Shown: piece after piece, positions 51,908 through 61,338 of the stretch
How the letters are laid out: every line of letters starts with the position of its first letter
Numbering within the stretch: position 1 is the stretch's first letter
DNA from: Pseudomonadota bacterium
Lineage (GTDB): Bacteria > Pseudomonadota > Alphaproteobacteria > Rhodobacterales > Rhodobacteraceae
Direction of reading: 5' to 3'
Assembly (NCBI GenBank): GCA_038525525.1
Contig: JBCBHO010000003.1
Coordinates: forward strand, 572,165 to 636,164
Length of the DNA: 64,000 nt
Made by a program: the position numbers and the translations under genes
Notes under the pieces: model-generated
Databases searched by the model: none
Told to the model about the DNA's origin: nothing
Seen by the model: only the letters and a program-made list of their open reading frames with translations

Positions 51908-52671
51908 AGGTTTATTTCATCGGCGCGGGTCCGGGCGACCCTGATTTGCTGACTCTCAAGGCGGCCAAGCGGATCGCGGCCTGCCCCGTCTGCCTCTATG
52001 CCGGTTCGCTCGTGCCCGAGGCGGTGGTGGCCGGCGCGCCTGAGGGTGCCCGCGTTCTCGACACCGCGCCCATGACGCTCGAGGAGACCCATGGCGAGAT
52101 CCTCGCTGCGCAGCGAAAGGGGCACGACGTAGCGCGGGTGCATTCCGGGGATCCCTCCCTTTACGGCGCGATTGCAGAGCAGATCCGGCTCCTGCGCAGG
52201 GAAGGGATTGACTACGAGATCATCCCCGGCGTCCCGGCCTACACCGCGGCAGCGGCGGCGTTGGGCCAGGAGCTCACCATCCCGGAGGTCGCGCAGTCCA
52301 TCGTGCTCACGCGGATGTCCATGAAGTCGACCGGCATGCCGGAGCACGAGACTTTAACGAATTTCGCCAAGTCACAAACGACAATCGCCATACATCTCGC
52401 CATTCGTAATCTCCGGGAGATCGAGCGCCAGCTCATTCCGGAATACGGCGCTGATTGCCCCGTGGCCGTCATTTATCGCGCGAGCTGGCCGGATGAGCTC
52501 ATTTTGCGGGGCACGCTCGGCGATATCCGCGAAAAGGTGCGCGCAGCGAAGATCACGCGAACCGCGCTGATTCTCGTCGGTCCGGCCCTCGGCGAGATCA
52601 CCGATTTCAAGGACAGCGCGCTCTATGATCCCAAGGAAGAGCACATTCTGCGTGTGAAAAAGGGCGCATAA
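51904..52671 (+). CDS. cobM: precorrin-4 C11-methyltransferase
   Basis: 255 aa with MKVYFIGAGPGDPDLLTLKA. Confidence 0.92.
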   Translation: MKVYFIGAGPGDPDLLTLKAAKRIAACPVCLYAGSLVPEAVVAGAPEGARVLDTAPMTLEETHGEILAAQRKGHDVARVHSGDPSLYGAIAEQIRLLRREGIDYEIIPGVPAYTAAAAALGQELTIPEVAQSIVLTRMSMKSTGMPEHETLTNFAKSQTTIAIHLAIRNLREIERQLIPEYGADCPVAVIYRASWPDELILRGTLGDIREKVRAAKITRTALILVGPALGEITDFKDSALYDPKEEHILRVKKGA

Positions 52672-52769
52672 CTCCGCTCGAACGCGGGAAAAAGCGTGAA
52701 AGTGCATCATTGCCCATGACTCGTGTCGCCCGCGGCTTAGTTTGGCGCGGGGTGATTGGAGTATGCGAG

Positions 52770-53126
52770 ATGACGTATCTTTCTGATGAGGTGAGGGCGA
52801 GCCTTGAGGCGGCGCGCGCCAAGAAGGCAAAGCGGCGCTCGAGGCTGCGTGTGGAAGCAGGCAATGCATATTTTCCCGTGTTGCGGCTTTGGGATGATGG
52901 CTTCGCCGTGGATCGGGATGACGCGCAAGGCCTGCGTGGTCTTGTGGATCTCTACGATGGCCCGCGGCACCTTTATCAGGCGCTGATCGTCACGACCTCG
53001 GAGCTGGGTGGAGAGCGCGTGTTCGAGTTCAAGCGCAATACATCCGCAGCGGATGCTGCGCCGCTGGATTACGCGCGCGAGGCGCCGCAGCCGATCGCTT
53101 TGCTGCGCAGCGAAACGCAGCGATAA
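52770..53126 (+). CDS. hypothetical protein
   Basis: 118 aa from MTYLSDEVRASL, with GGAG upstream. I recognise no family. Confidence 0.4.
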   Translation: MTYLSDEVRASLEAARAKKAKRRSRLRVEAGNAYFPVLRLWDDGFAVDRDDAQGLRGLVDLYDGPRHLYQALIVTTSELGGERVFEFKRNTSAADAAPLDYAREAPQPIALLRSETQR

Positions 53127-53132
53127 TCGTCT

Positions 53133-54311
53133 CTACTGAAGATCGGAGAACGCTGCCGCGAGGCGTTCGGTCGCCTCGATGACGCGCGCGCGCGGCGTCG
53201 CGATGTTGAAGCGTAGGAAGCTGTCGCCACCTTTGCCGAAGGTTGGTCCGTGATTGACGGCGATTTTAGCTGACTTCTCGACGCGATCGGTGAATTCCTT
53301 GCGCTTCATCCCGGTGCCCGAAAAGTCCACCCAGCTCAGGTAGGTGGCTTCCAGAGGCATCGACGCGAGGCCCGGGATCGCATTCACTGCCTCGTCGAAG
53401 GTCCGCCGGTTGCCGTCGAGATAGGCGCACAGATCATCGACCCATGTGGCGCCCTCCGGAGAATAGGCCGCAGTCGCCATCGCGAGCCCGAAGGCATTGG
53501 CCGACGTGCCGAGCGCCATCATGCGCTTGGAAAAGGCCCCGCGCAGGTCCGCATCCGGGATGATGACATTGCCCACATGGGCACCGGCGATGTTGAACGT
53601 CTTCGTCGTGGCCGACAGCATCACGAGGCGGTCCTCGATCCCGCTGATATGGGCCATGGGGACATGCGTCGCGCCGAAGGTCAGGTCGCGGTGGATCTCG
53701 TCCGCGACGATGATGAGATCGTGACGCCGCGCAAACGCTGCCACGCCTTCGAGCTCCTCCCGCGTCCAGACACGCCCGCCGGGATTGTGCGGCGAGCAAA
53801 GGATGAGGAGCCGTTCGTGGCCCTTCATCTGCGCGTCATAGGCCTCGAAATCCATCTCGTAGCGGCCGCCCGCGTTCACGAGCTCGAGCTCGACCATGTC
53901 CCGCTCGGCAGCGCGGATGACGCGGCCAAAGGCATGGTAGACCGGGGAAAAGACGACGACGCCCTCTTGCGGTTTCGTGTAGGTATCCACGCAGAGGCCG
54001 ATGGCGTTGACCAACCCGTTGGTCGAAAGGATCCAGCTCGGGTCGATCTCCGTGTCGTGGCGGGTCTCTGACCACCATTTCACCGCCGCTTGGTAGCGCG
54101 CCGTGTCGCCGTAATAGCCGTAGATTCCGTGCTGGAGCATGGCGCTCAGCGCGTCTTGCACGACCTCCGGCGGGCGGAAATCCATGTCGGCCACCCACAT
54201 CGCCAGACCATCTTCTTTCGAGACGCCATAGACCTGCTCCATCAGGTCCCATTTCAAACAGTCGGTGTCGCGGCGCTCGATCATCTGATCGAAGGGCGAG
54301 TCAAAGCTCAT
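53133..54311 (-). CDS. PLP-dependent aminotransferase, MalY/PatB-like C-S lyase
   Basis: It has DCLKWD near the N-terminus, SPHNPGGRVW, and a PLP-lysine context of SATTKTFNIAG. The start was set at the ATG at 54311 (AAGGAG 7 nt upstream). Confidence 0.82.
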   Translation of the reverse strand: MSFDSPFDQMIERRDTDCLKWDLMEQVYGVSKEDGLAMWVADMDFRPPEVVQDALSAMLQHGIYGYYGDTARYQAAVKWWSETRHDTEIDPSWILSTNGLVNAIGLCVDTYTKPQEGVVVFSPVYHAFGRVIRAAERDMVELELVNAGGRYEMDFEAYDAQMKGHERLLILCSPHNPGGRVWTREELEGVAAFARRHDLIIVADEIHRDLTFGATHVPMAHISGIEDRLVMLSATTKTFNIAGAHVGNVIIPDADLRGAFSKRMMALGTSANAFGLAMATAAYSPEGATWVDDLCAYLDGNRRTFDEAVNAIPGLASMPLEATYLSWVDFSGTGMKRKEFTDRVEKSAKIAVNHGPTFGKGGDSFLRFNIATPRARVIEATERLAAAFSDLQ

Positions 54312-54399
54312 CGGCATCTCCTTTGCACCGATAGGTAACGGTCGCGCAGGGGGCTGCAAGGGGTTTGCGGGGGGCAGAGCCATCTACTATGTGCAGCCC

Positions 54400-54924
54400 A
54401 TGAGCATCCGACCGATCCTGATCCACCCTGACCCGCGACTGAAGAAGGTGGCCGAGCCCGTAAGCGAGATCACGGACAAGCTGCGCGTGCTCGCCGAGGA
54501 CATGCTCGAGACGATGTACGACGCACCCGGCATCGGGCTCGCCGCGCCGCAGGTAGGGGTGGGCGTGCGCATGATCACGATGGATTGCGTCAAGGAGGAG
54601 GGCGCCGATCCGCGCCCCATGGTGCTCCTGAACCCGGAGGTCATCGCCACGTCCGACGAGATGACGACCTACGAAGAGGGCTGCCTCTCCATCCCCGAGC
54701 AATACGCCGATGTCGAGCGCCCGGCGGAGGTGGATGTCCGCTGGATGGGCCTCGACGGCGAGACCCATGAAGAGCATTTCGACGGGCTCTGGGCCACCTG
54801 CGTCCAGCACGAGATCGACCACCTCGATGGCAAGCTCTTCATCGACTATCTCGGCCCGCTCAAGCGCCAGATGATCACGCGCAAGATGCAGAAGCTGAAG
54901 CGCGAGAAGGCCCGCGCCTCGTGA
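54400..54924 (+). CDS. def: peptide deformylase (copy 1, canonical)
   Basis: All three motifs are present: [17 protein letters not shown] and QHEIDHLDG. Confidence 0.93.
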   Translation: MSIRPILIHPDPRLKKVAEPVSEITDKLRVLAEDMLETMYDAPGIGLAAPQVGVGVRMITMDCVKEEGADPRPMVLLNPEVIATSDEMTTYEEGCLSIPEQYADVERPAEVDVRWMGLDGETHEEHFDGLWATCVQHEIDHLDGKLFIDYLGPLKRQMITRKMQKLKREKARAS

Positions 54925-55382
54925 TCCGGCCGCTGGTGTTGCACCCCGATCCGCTGCTCGCGGAGGCATCCGCGCTCGTGCGTGCCTTCGACGAGGATCT
55001 GGCCGGCCTCGTGCGGGATCTCTTCGACACGATGTACGATGCGCCGGGCCGGGGCCTCGCAGCCGTGCAGATCGGGCAGATGCGGCGTGTCTTCGTGATG
55101 GATGCGGGCTGGAAGGAGGGCGCGCCCACGCCGCGCGTTTTCGTCAATCCCGTCATCACCGATCACACCACCGCGCTTGCCACCCACGAGGAGGGCTGCC
55201 TCTCCATCCCCGACACGCCCCGCCGCGTTTCGCGCCCGGCGGAGGTCACCTTGGCCTGGCAGGACGAGCACGGGATACCCCACGAGGGTACCTTTACGGG
55301 CTTCGAGGCGGCCTGCGTGCAGCATGAATTCGACCATCTTGAGGGCAAGACGATCCTCGATCATCCCGAGGCGCCCGCGTGA
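54921..55382 (+). CDS. peptide deformylase paralog (copy 2)
   Basis: Motifs [17 protein letters not shown] and QHEFDHLEG are retained. The GTG start overlaps the stop of copy 1. Confidence 0.82.
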   Translation: MIRPLVLHPDPLLAEASALVRAFDEDLAGLVRDLFDTMYDAPGRGLAAVQIGQMRRVFVMDAGWKEGAPTPRVFVNPVITDHTTALATHEEGCLSIPDTPRRVSRPAEVTLAWQDEHGIPHEGTFTGFEAACVQHEFDHLEGKTILDHPEAPA

Positions 55383-55870
55383 GCGTCCGCCCCTGCCTGC
55401 CCTGGCCGCACAAGAGCCTGCGCACGCCCGCCGCGCCAGTGGAGGAGATCACCGAGGAGATCCAAGCGATCTGGGCGGACATGATCGACACGATGGAGGC
55501 GATGCCCGGGATCGGCCTTGCCGCGCCGCAGATCGGCGTGGGCCTCCGCCTCGCTGTCGTCGATGCGAGCCGGGAGCGAGGCAAGGCGATCCGGATGGCC
55601 AACCCGGAGGTGCTGCATGCCTCCTTGGAGGAGGTCATGGGCGAGGAAGCCTCTCCCAACCTTCCCGGCGTCTCGGCCAAGGTGAAGCGGCCGCGCGCCG
55701 TCACCGTGCGATATCTGAATGCGCAGGGCGTCTGGGACAGGCAGGAGCTCGTGCTGCAATGGGGCCGCTCCGTGCAGCACCAGATCGACCACCTCAACGG
55801 GCGCATGTATTTCGACAATCTGAGCCGCGTGAAGCGCGACATGCTCCTGCGCAAGGCGGGGCGCCGCTGA
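55379..55870 (+). CDS. peptide deformylase-like paralog with degenerate active site (copy 3)
   Basis: Motif 1 ([10 protein letters not shown]) is kept. Motif 2 reads EEASPNLPG, with no Cys. Motif 3 reads QHQIDHLNG, with Glu replaced by Gln. Confidence 0.75.
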   Translation: MSVRPCLPWPHKSLRTPAAPVEEITEEIQAIWADMIDTMEAMPGIGLAAPQIGVGLRLAVVDASRERGKAIRMANPEVLHASLEEVMGEEASPNLPGVSAKVKRPRAVTVRYLNAQGVWDRQELVLQWGRSVQHQIDHLNGRMYFDNLSRVKRDMLLRKAGRR

Positions 55871-56763
55871 TGCGCGTGGTCTTCATGGGCTCGCCCGATT
55901 TCTCTGTCCCGGTGCTCGAGGCGCTGGCGGCGGAGCACGAGATCGCCTGCGTCTATTGCCAGCCACCCCGGCCTGCAGGGCGCGGCAAGAAGGACCGCCC
56001 CACGCCTGTCCACGCCCGGGCGGCGGCTTTGGGCCTCCCCGTCCGGCACCCTGTTTCGCTGCGCAGCGAAGACGCGCAGGCGGAGTTCTCTGCGCTCGAG
56101 GCCGATATCGCCGTCGTGGTGGCCTACGGGCTCATCCTGCCGCAGGCTGTGCTCGACGCGCCGCGCCTCGGCTGCCTCAATATCCACGCCTCGCTTCTGC
56201 CGCGCTGGCGCGGGGCCGCGCCGATCCACCGCGCCGTGATGGCGGGCGACGCGGAGACGGGCATCTGCATCATGCAGATGGAGGCGGGGCTCGATACCGG
56301 CCCCGTTCTCCTCAGCGAGGGCACGCCCATCGGCGCGGAGGAGACGACAGGCGACCTCCACGACCGGCTCTCGGCCATGGGCGCGCGGCTCATCATGGTG
56401 GCGCTTGCCCAGCTCCCACTGGAGCCGGAAGCGCAGCCGGAGGAGGGCGTGACCTACGCCGAGAAGATCGCCAAGGACGAGACCCGCGTGGACTGGACCC
56501 GCCCCGCGGCGGAGGTGGATGCGCATATCCGCGGTCTCTCGCCCTTTCCGGGCGCGTGGTGCGAGATGGATGGCGCGCGGGTGAAGCTCCTGCGCTCGCG
56601 GCTCGCCGCAGGGCAGGGCGCACCGGGCCACGTCTTGAGTGGCCTGACAGTGGCCTGCGGTGACGGTGCGGTCGAGATCCTCGAGCTGCAAAAGGCGGGG
56701 AAGCGCGCGACGCGCGCGGTGGATTTCCTGCGCGGCGCGGCGCGGCCTGATCGTCTGACATGA
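55870..56763 (+). CDS. fmt: methionyl-tRNA formyltransferase
   Basis: 297 aa from [19 protein letters not shown]. The start lies inside track ORF 55102..56763. Confidence 0.94.
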   Translation: MRVVFMGSPDFSVPVLEALAAEHEIACVYCQPPRPAGRGKKDRPTPVHARAAALGLPVRHPVSLRSEDAQAEFSALEADIAVVVAYGLILPQAVLDAPRLGCLNIHASLLPRWRGAAPIHRAVMAGDAETGICIMQMEAGLDTGPVLLSEGTPIGAEETTGDLHDRLSAMGARLIMVALAQLPLEPEAQPEEGVTYAEKIAKDETRVDWTRPAAEVDAHIRGLSPFPGAWCEMDGARVKLLRSRLAAGQGAPGHVLSGLTVACGDGAVEILELQKAGKRATRAVDFLRGAARPDRLT

Positions 56764-57248
56764 CACCCGAAGAGGCCATCGCCTGGTTCGACAGCCTCCC
56801 ACCCGCCACGGAGGCAGACATGCTCGGGAGCTGGCGCGGGGAGGAACTGCCCACCGGGCATCCCATGGACGGTCTCCTCGCCGCGTCATACTGGCAGGGG
56901 AAGCGCTTCGAGGGGCCGGACGCTGTGCATCCCCTGATCCACGCCGTCCCGCTCTGGGGCGCGCGCTCGCTCAACCCACGCTTCCTGCCGCTCCGGCTCA
57001 TCACGGGCCTCCCGGCGCGCGACACGCTGCTCAGGCTCACCTTCCCCCTCCTCGCGCCGCTCTTCTTCACGTCGAAACCCCGCGCACGGCTACGCACGCT
57101 GCGCTTTCGGGGGCGCGATCACGCGGCCATGTGTTATGACGCGCAGCCCATCAACGACGTCTTCGCCAAGATCGGCGAGGACGAGCTTCTCGGCTGGATG
57201 GATTTCAAGGGCATGGCGCAGCCCTATTTCTTCAAACTCACCCGCTGA
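56760..57248 (+). CDS. DUF4334/GXWXG domain protein
   Basis: 162 aa with a GSWRG motif near the N-terminus and a layout recalled from the GXWXG+DUF4334 family. Confidence 0.55.
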   Translation: MTPEEAIAWFDSLPPATEADMLGSWRGEELPTGHPMDGLLAASYWQGKRFEGPDAVHPLIHAVPLWGARSLNPRFLPLRLITGLPARDTLLRLTFPLLAPLFFTSKPRARLRTLRFRGRDHAAMCYDAQPINDVFAKIGEDELLGWMDFKGMAQPYFFKLTR

Positions 57249-57639
57249 GCGCGTCGCGGGCGGCCGTCAGCACGGCATCGAAGGGAGGCTCGAAGGGCCC
57301 GGGCTCCGCGAGGTCGTGCCACCAGAACTTGAAGAGATGCCCGCCATCGTCCGCGCAGACGTGCTGGAAACGCTCCGGCACCGGCCCGCGGACGCGGGTG
57401 AGGATGAAATGCCAGCGCTCGCCGGGCCAGATGTCGTCCCGCACGGTGAGTTCGAGGGCCGAGATCGCCTGCAGCCCGCTTTCCTCCCAGAGCTCGCGCG
57501 CCGCCGCCCGCGTTGGGTGTTCACCGTCCTCGATGGTGCCTTTCACGATCTGCGCGCCCGTCACGGGATGGGTGAAGGCCAGGAGGCGCAGGGGATCGCC
57601 CGCCGGATGCAGGACGAGGGGGGCGACCTTCCCGATCAT
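57238..57639 (-). CDS. NUDIX hydrolase
   Basis: NUDIX box [23 protein letters not shown]. Confidence 0.8.
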   Translation of the reverse strand: MIGKVAPLVLHPAGDPLRLLAFTHPVTGAQIVKGTIEDGEHPTRAAARELWEESGLQAISALELTVRDDIWPGERWHFILTRVRGPVPERFQHVCADDGGHLFKFWWHDLAEPGPFEPPFDAVLTAARDALSG

Positions 57640-58088
57640 GGCTTGAAGGGCGCCATGCCTGCGCGGGCCAGCTCGTCGGCGCGTTCATTCTCCGGGTGGC
57701 CCGCATGGCCTTTGACCCACTCCCAGGTGACGTCGTGGCGCGCGCGGGCGGCATCGAGCCGCTGCCAAAGCTCCACGTTCTTGACCGGTTTTTTCGCGGC
57801 GGTCTTCCAGCCCCGCGCCTTCCAGCCGTGGATCCAGGAGTTGATGCCGTCCTTCACGTAAGAGGAATCCGTGACAAGCGTCAGCTTCGTGGCCCGCTCC
57901 AGCGTCTCGAGCGCGGTGATGGCGGCCATGAGCTCCATGCGGTTGTTGGTGGTCTGGGCCTCCCCGCCCGATAGCTCGCGGCGCTTTACCTCGGTCTCGC
58001 CCTCGCGCGCGATGAGTAGCACGCCCCAGCCGCCGGGCCCCGGGTTTCCGCTGCAGGCGCCGTCCGTGTAGGCGAAGAGCTCAGCCAC
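57636..58088 (-). CDS. rnhA: ribonuclease HI
   Basis: 150 aa with [16 protein letters not shown] and TNNRMEL. Confidence 0.95.
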   Translation of the reverse strand: MAELFAYTDGACSGNPGPGGWGVLLIAREGETEVKRRELSGGEAQTTNNRMELMAAITALETLERATKLTLVTDSSYVKDGINSWIHGWKARGWKTAAKKPVKNVELWQRLDAARARHDVTWEWVKGHAGHPENERADELARAGMAPFKP

Positions 58089-58671
58089 GCTTCACCGCCC
58101 GAATGAGAATGAAGGGGGAGACGTCGCCCGCGAGACCTGCCTCCTCGCCCTCGTGCTCCCACACCGCCTCGAAGCCCGCGTCTTCAAGAGCTGTGAGCAG
58201 CTCTTCGCGGCTGAAATAGCTGTAGAAGCGGCCAATCCCGTCCCGCTTCTCGCCAGTGCCGAGTTTCATGCCGAGATGGAGCACGCCTCTGGCCGTCAGC
58301 GCCGCGGCGATGGCCGCGATATGTCCGGCGAATTCTGCTCGAGGCGCGTGGAGGAGGGAGAAGGAAGCGAAGACACCGTCGAAGCCGCTGGCTTCTTTCA
58401 GGGCGTCGAACGTGGCCACGCGGGCGGCGACGCCGGGTGCCTCGGCGGCTGCGATCATCTCCGGGCTCGCGTCCCAGGCGTGGGTCTCGAAGCCGCGCCC
58501 GGCCAGATAGCGCGCCGCATGGCCCGGCCCGCAGCCGAGGTCCAGCACGCGCCCGCCTTCGGGCAGCGCATCGGCGAAGGCGATGAGCGAATCTGCGGGC
58601 TCGGGCTTCACCAGCGCTTCGTATTCAGCCACTCGGGTCGCATAGGCGGCGAGGGTCTCTTCGTCGCTCAT
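58081..58671 (-). CDS. class I SAM-dependent methyltransferase
   Basis: 196 aa from [10 protein letters not shown], with the motif VLDLGCGPG. The upstream part of track ORF 58081..59448 is an out-of-frame artefact. Confidence 0.78.
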   Translation of the reverse strand: MSDEETLAAYATRVAEYEALVKPEPADSLIAFADALPEGGRVLDLGCGPGHAARYLAGRGFETHAWDASPEMIAAAEAPGVAARVATFDALKEASGFDGVFASFSLLHAPRAEFAGHIAAIAAALTARGVLHLGMKLGTGEKRDGIGRFYSYFSREELLTALEDAGFEAVWEHEGEEAGLAGDVSPFILIRAVKRG

Positions 58672-59126
58672 CCGAGGACCCCGGCCAGCAATCCCGCCGT
58701 GAGCGAGGCGATGACAAGCGCCGTCAGGAGCAGGCGCAGCTGCATCCACCAATCGGGCGTCAGCCCCCGGCGATAAAAGAGGTAGTCGAGCGCGAGCAGC
58801 CCCGCGAAGCCCACGATAAGCATATCCGCCGAATTGTCGGCCCCGCGCCCCACGAAGAAGAAGCAGAAGAGCGCGGGCAGCGTGGAGAGCGCGTATCCCC
58901 AGCCCTGCCAATCCCCGGCTTTCGTTGCGAAGCCCCAGAGCACGCCGGACATGAAGCTCAGTATGATCGTGCCATACCAGAGCTGTACGAAGGGGCCGAT
59001 GAGGCGCGGGTTGAGATAAGGCAGGACTGCGGCCCCGATCTCCGGGAGAAGCGTCGTCAGCGCACCCCAGAGGAAGGGCAGCACCCCGGCGAGGCCGAGA
59101 AGGAGGGCAGAACGTGGGACAGTCAT
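58668..59126 (-). CDS. DUF3429-like membrane protein
   Basis: 152 aa with ~5 TM segments. The family call is from recall only. Confidence 0.5.
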   Translation of the reverse strand: MTVPRSALLLGLAGVLPFLWGALTTLLPEIGAAVLPYLNPRLIGPFVQLWYGTIILSFMSGVLWGFATKAGDWQGWGYALSTLPALFCFFFVGRGADNSADMLIVGFAGLLALDYLFYRRGLTPDWWMQLRLLLTALVIASLTAGLLAGVLG

Positions 59127-59147
59127 GGGCCGGGGTATAGCGCAGCC

Positions 59148-59759
59148 TCAGGCACGTTCCATGGCCAGCCGCCCCGCTAGGAGCGCGAAGACCCCGGCAA
59201 AGGAGCGGTTGAGCCATGTCAGGACCCGCTCGGAGCCGAGGATAAAGGTCCGTACCCGCGCGGCGAAGGCGCCATAGAGCAGGAAGACCGCGTAGGTCAT
59301 GGCCATGAAGACCCCGCCCAGCGTGGCCATCTCGAGCGTCGCCGTGGCCGGATTGCCCGACAGGAAGGGCGGCAGCAGCGCAAGAAAGAAGATCGAGAGC
59401 TTGGGGTTGAGGATGTTGATGAGCGCGCCGCGGCGCGCGATGCGCCAAGGATGCTCGGGGCGGGGATCAGCCTCTATGGAGAGCGCGCCGCCGGCCCTTA
59501 GCGCCTGCCAGGCGAGGTAGAGCAGGTAGGCCACGCCTGCGAACTTCACGACCTGGAAAGCCAGCGCCGACGCGTGCAGGAGGGCCGCCAGCCCGAGCGC
59601 TGCGGCAAGGAGATGCGGGACGATCCCGAAGGTGCAGCCCAGCGCGGCCCAGCTCGCCGCCCGGGCGCCGCGCCCCAGCCCCACCGCCAGCGTGTAGATC
59701 ACGCCCGTGCCCGGGGCTATGACGACGACGAAGGCGGTGATGAGGAATTGCACGGACAT
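59148..59759 (-). CDS. LysE/RhtB family amino-acid exporter
   Basis: 203 aa from MSVQFLITAFVVVIAPGTG. The length and N-terminal motif are typical of the LysE family. Confidence 0.8.
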   Translation of the reverse strand: MSVQFLITAFVVVIAPGTGVIYTLAVGLGRGARAASWAALGCTFGIVPHLLAAALGLAALLHASALAFQVVKFAGVAYLLYLAWQALRAGGALSIEADPRPEHPWRIARRGALINILNPKLSIFFLALLPPFLSGNPATATLEMATLGGVFMAMTYAVFLLYGAFAARVRTFILGSERVLTWLNRSFAGVFALLAGRLAMERA

Positions 59760-59831
59760 GGGGAGGCTCCTTTGCCCGCACTCAAGCACAGCGCGCAGCA
59801 GCGCGCCAATGAATAGCGTTGATGCTTAAGT

Positions 59832-60119
59832 TCAGCGTTGCGTCTGCAGGATCTCGATGAGTTCCGAGAACTTCGCCCTTTGCTCGCCCGGATCGCCGCT
59901 CTGGATGGCGTCTTCCACGCAATGGGCGGCGTGATCCTCGAGGATCAGCTTTTCGACGCCTTTCATGGCCGCGCGGATGGCGGCCGTCTGAAGCAGCACG
60001 TCCACGCAGTAGCGTTCCTCTTCGATCATCTTGGAAATGCCGCGAACCTGCCCTTCGATGCGCTTGAGGCGCCCGAGCGCCGCGTCCTTGTTGCTCTGCA
60101 TCTTGTGCCTCTCACTCAT
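59832..60119 (-). CDS. CsoR/RcnR/FrmR-family metal-sensing repressor
   Basis: ~90-95 aa with LKRIEGQVRGI, YC and H-x3-C (DHAAHC), giving an x-C-H-C ligand pattern. An alternative ATG lies at 60101. Confidence 0.8.
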   Translation of the reverse strand: MSERHKMQSNKDAALGRLKRIEGQVRGISKMIEEERYCVDVLLQTAAIRAAMKGVEKLILEDHAAHCVEDAIQSGDPGEQRAKFSELIEILQTQR

Positions 60120-60136
60120 ATACCCTATAGGGGTAT
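60120..60136. promoter_or_regulatory. candidate CsoR-type operator
   Basis: ATACCC-TATA-GGGGTAT: a G/C tract flanked by AT-rich inverted arms, in the divergent intergenic region. Confidence 0.5.
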
Positions 60137-60158
60137 ATAGTATCCACACGAGGTCACC

Positions 60159-60665
60159 ATGGCAACCTACCACGTGCGCCAGGACGGGCGCGGGAAAAGC
60201 ATCGCTGATTACTGGCCGCTTATCGCGCTGGTGGGGGTCTCGGTGCTCGCGGGCGCGGCGCTCGCGGCGCAGGGGATGGCGTGGATGCCCGCCTTCATGG
60301 GCGTCTTCCTCATCATCTTCGCGCTGCTCAAGATCTTTGACCTGAAGGGCTTCCGCCGTGGGTTCAAGATGTATGACTTGCTCGCGCGGCGCGTGCCGAA
60401 TTACGCGTTCGTCTATCCGTTTATCGAGCTTGGGCTGGGGCTCGCTTACCTGAGCGGCGTGGCGCCCACTGTTGTGCAATGGGCAACCGTGGCGGTCTTC
60501 AGCTTCGGGACCCTCGGGGTCATTTCCGCGCTCCGCCGGGGCCTCGACATCGATTGCCCCTGCATGGGCTCGATCCTGTCGGTGCCGCTTTCCACCGTCA
60601 CGCTGACGGAGGATCTCTCCATGGTGGCGATGGCGGGCCTGATGCTGGCAGGCCTCGCCGCCTGA
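60159..60665 (+). CDS. MauE/DoxX-family membrane protein
   Basis: 168 aa with 4-5 TM segments and a CPCMG motif. It is divergent from the CsoR-like gene. Confidence 0.55.
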   Translation: MATYHVRQDGRGKSIADYWPLIALVGVSVLAGAALAAQGMAWMPAFMGVFLIIFALLKIFDLKGFRRGFKMYDLLARRVPNYAFVYPFIELGLGLAYLSGVAPTVVQWATVAVFSFGTLGVISALRRGLDIDCPCMGSILSVPLSTVTLTEDLSMVAMAGLMLAGLAA

Positions 60666-61253
60666 TCACTCCTCCTCGGAGTTCGCTTCCACGCGGCGTT
60701 CGACGCGTGGCTCGTCCCGCGGCTCGCGCGGCGGGCGCCCGATGACGTCCTTCAGCTCGTCGAGCTCGATGAAGTTGTCGGCCTGCCGGCGCAGTTCATC
60801 GGCGATCATGGGGGGAGAGGAGCGAATGGTGGAGACCACGCTCACCCGCACGCCCCGGCGCTGCAGCGCCTCGATCAGCGGGCGGAAATCCCCGTCCCCG
60901 GAGAAGAGCACGATGTGATCGATGTGCGGTGCCAGCTCCATGGCATCGACCGTGAGCTCGATATCCATGTTGCCCTTGACCTTCCGGCGGCCTTGGCTGT
61001 CGGTGTATTCCTTGGCCGGTTTGGTGACCATGGAAAAGCCGTTGTAATGCAGCCAATCCACCAGCGGGCGAATGGGAGAGTATTCGTCGTTTTCCAGCAG
61101 CGCCGTGTAATAAAAGGCGCGCAGGAGTTTGCCGCGGCGCATGAATTCCTGCCGCAAGAGTTTGTAGTCGATGTCAAAACCAAGTGCCTTGGCGGCCGCG
61201 TAAAGGTTCGACCCATCGATGAACAGCGCGAGCCGTTCGTCCCGATAAAACAT
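60666..61253 (-). CDS. NYN-domain (LabA/DUF88) protein
   Basis: ALFIDGSNLY...NMDIELTVDAM...IVLFSGDGDFRPL. The start was set at MFYRDERLALF. Confidence 0.78.
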   Translation of the reverse strand: MFYRDERLALFIDGSNLYAAAKALGFDIDYKLLRQEFMRRGKLLRAFYYTALLENDEYSPIRPLVDWLHYNGFSMVTKPAKEYTDSQGRRKVKGNMDIELTVDAMELAPHIDHIVLFSGDGDFRPLIEALQRRGVRVSVVSTIRSSPPMIADELRRQADNFIELDELKDVIGRPPREPRDEPRVERRVEANSEEE

Positions 61254-61338
61254 GATGTGTCCTTCCAACCGCGCCTGTGAGAGGACGGTGAGTGGGGGTC
61301 CGTCCGCAGCGCTGAGCCATAATTTAGGATTATTCTAA

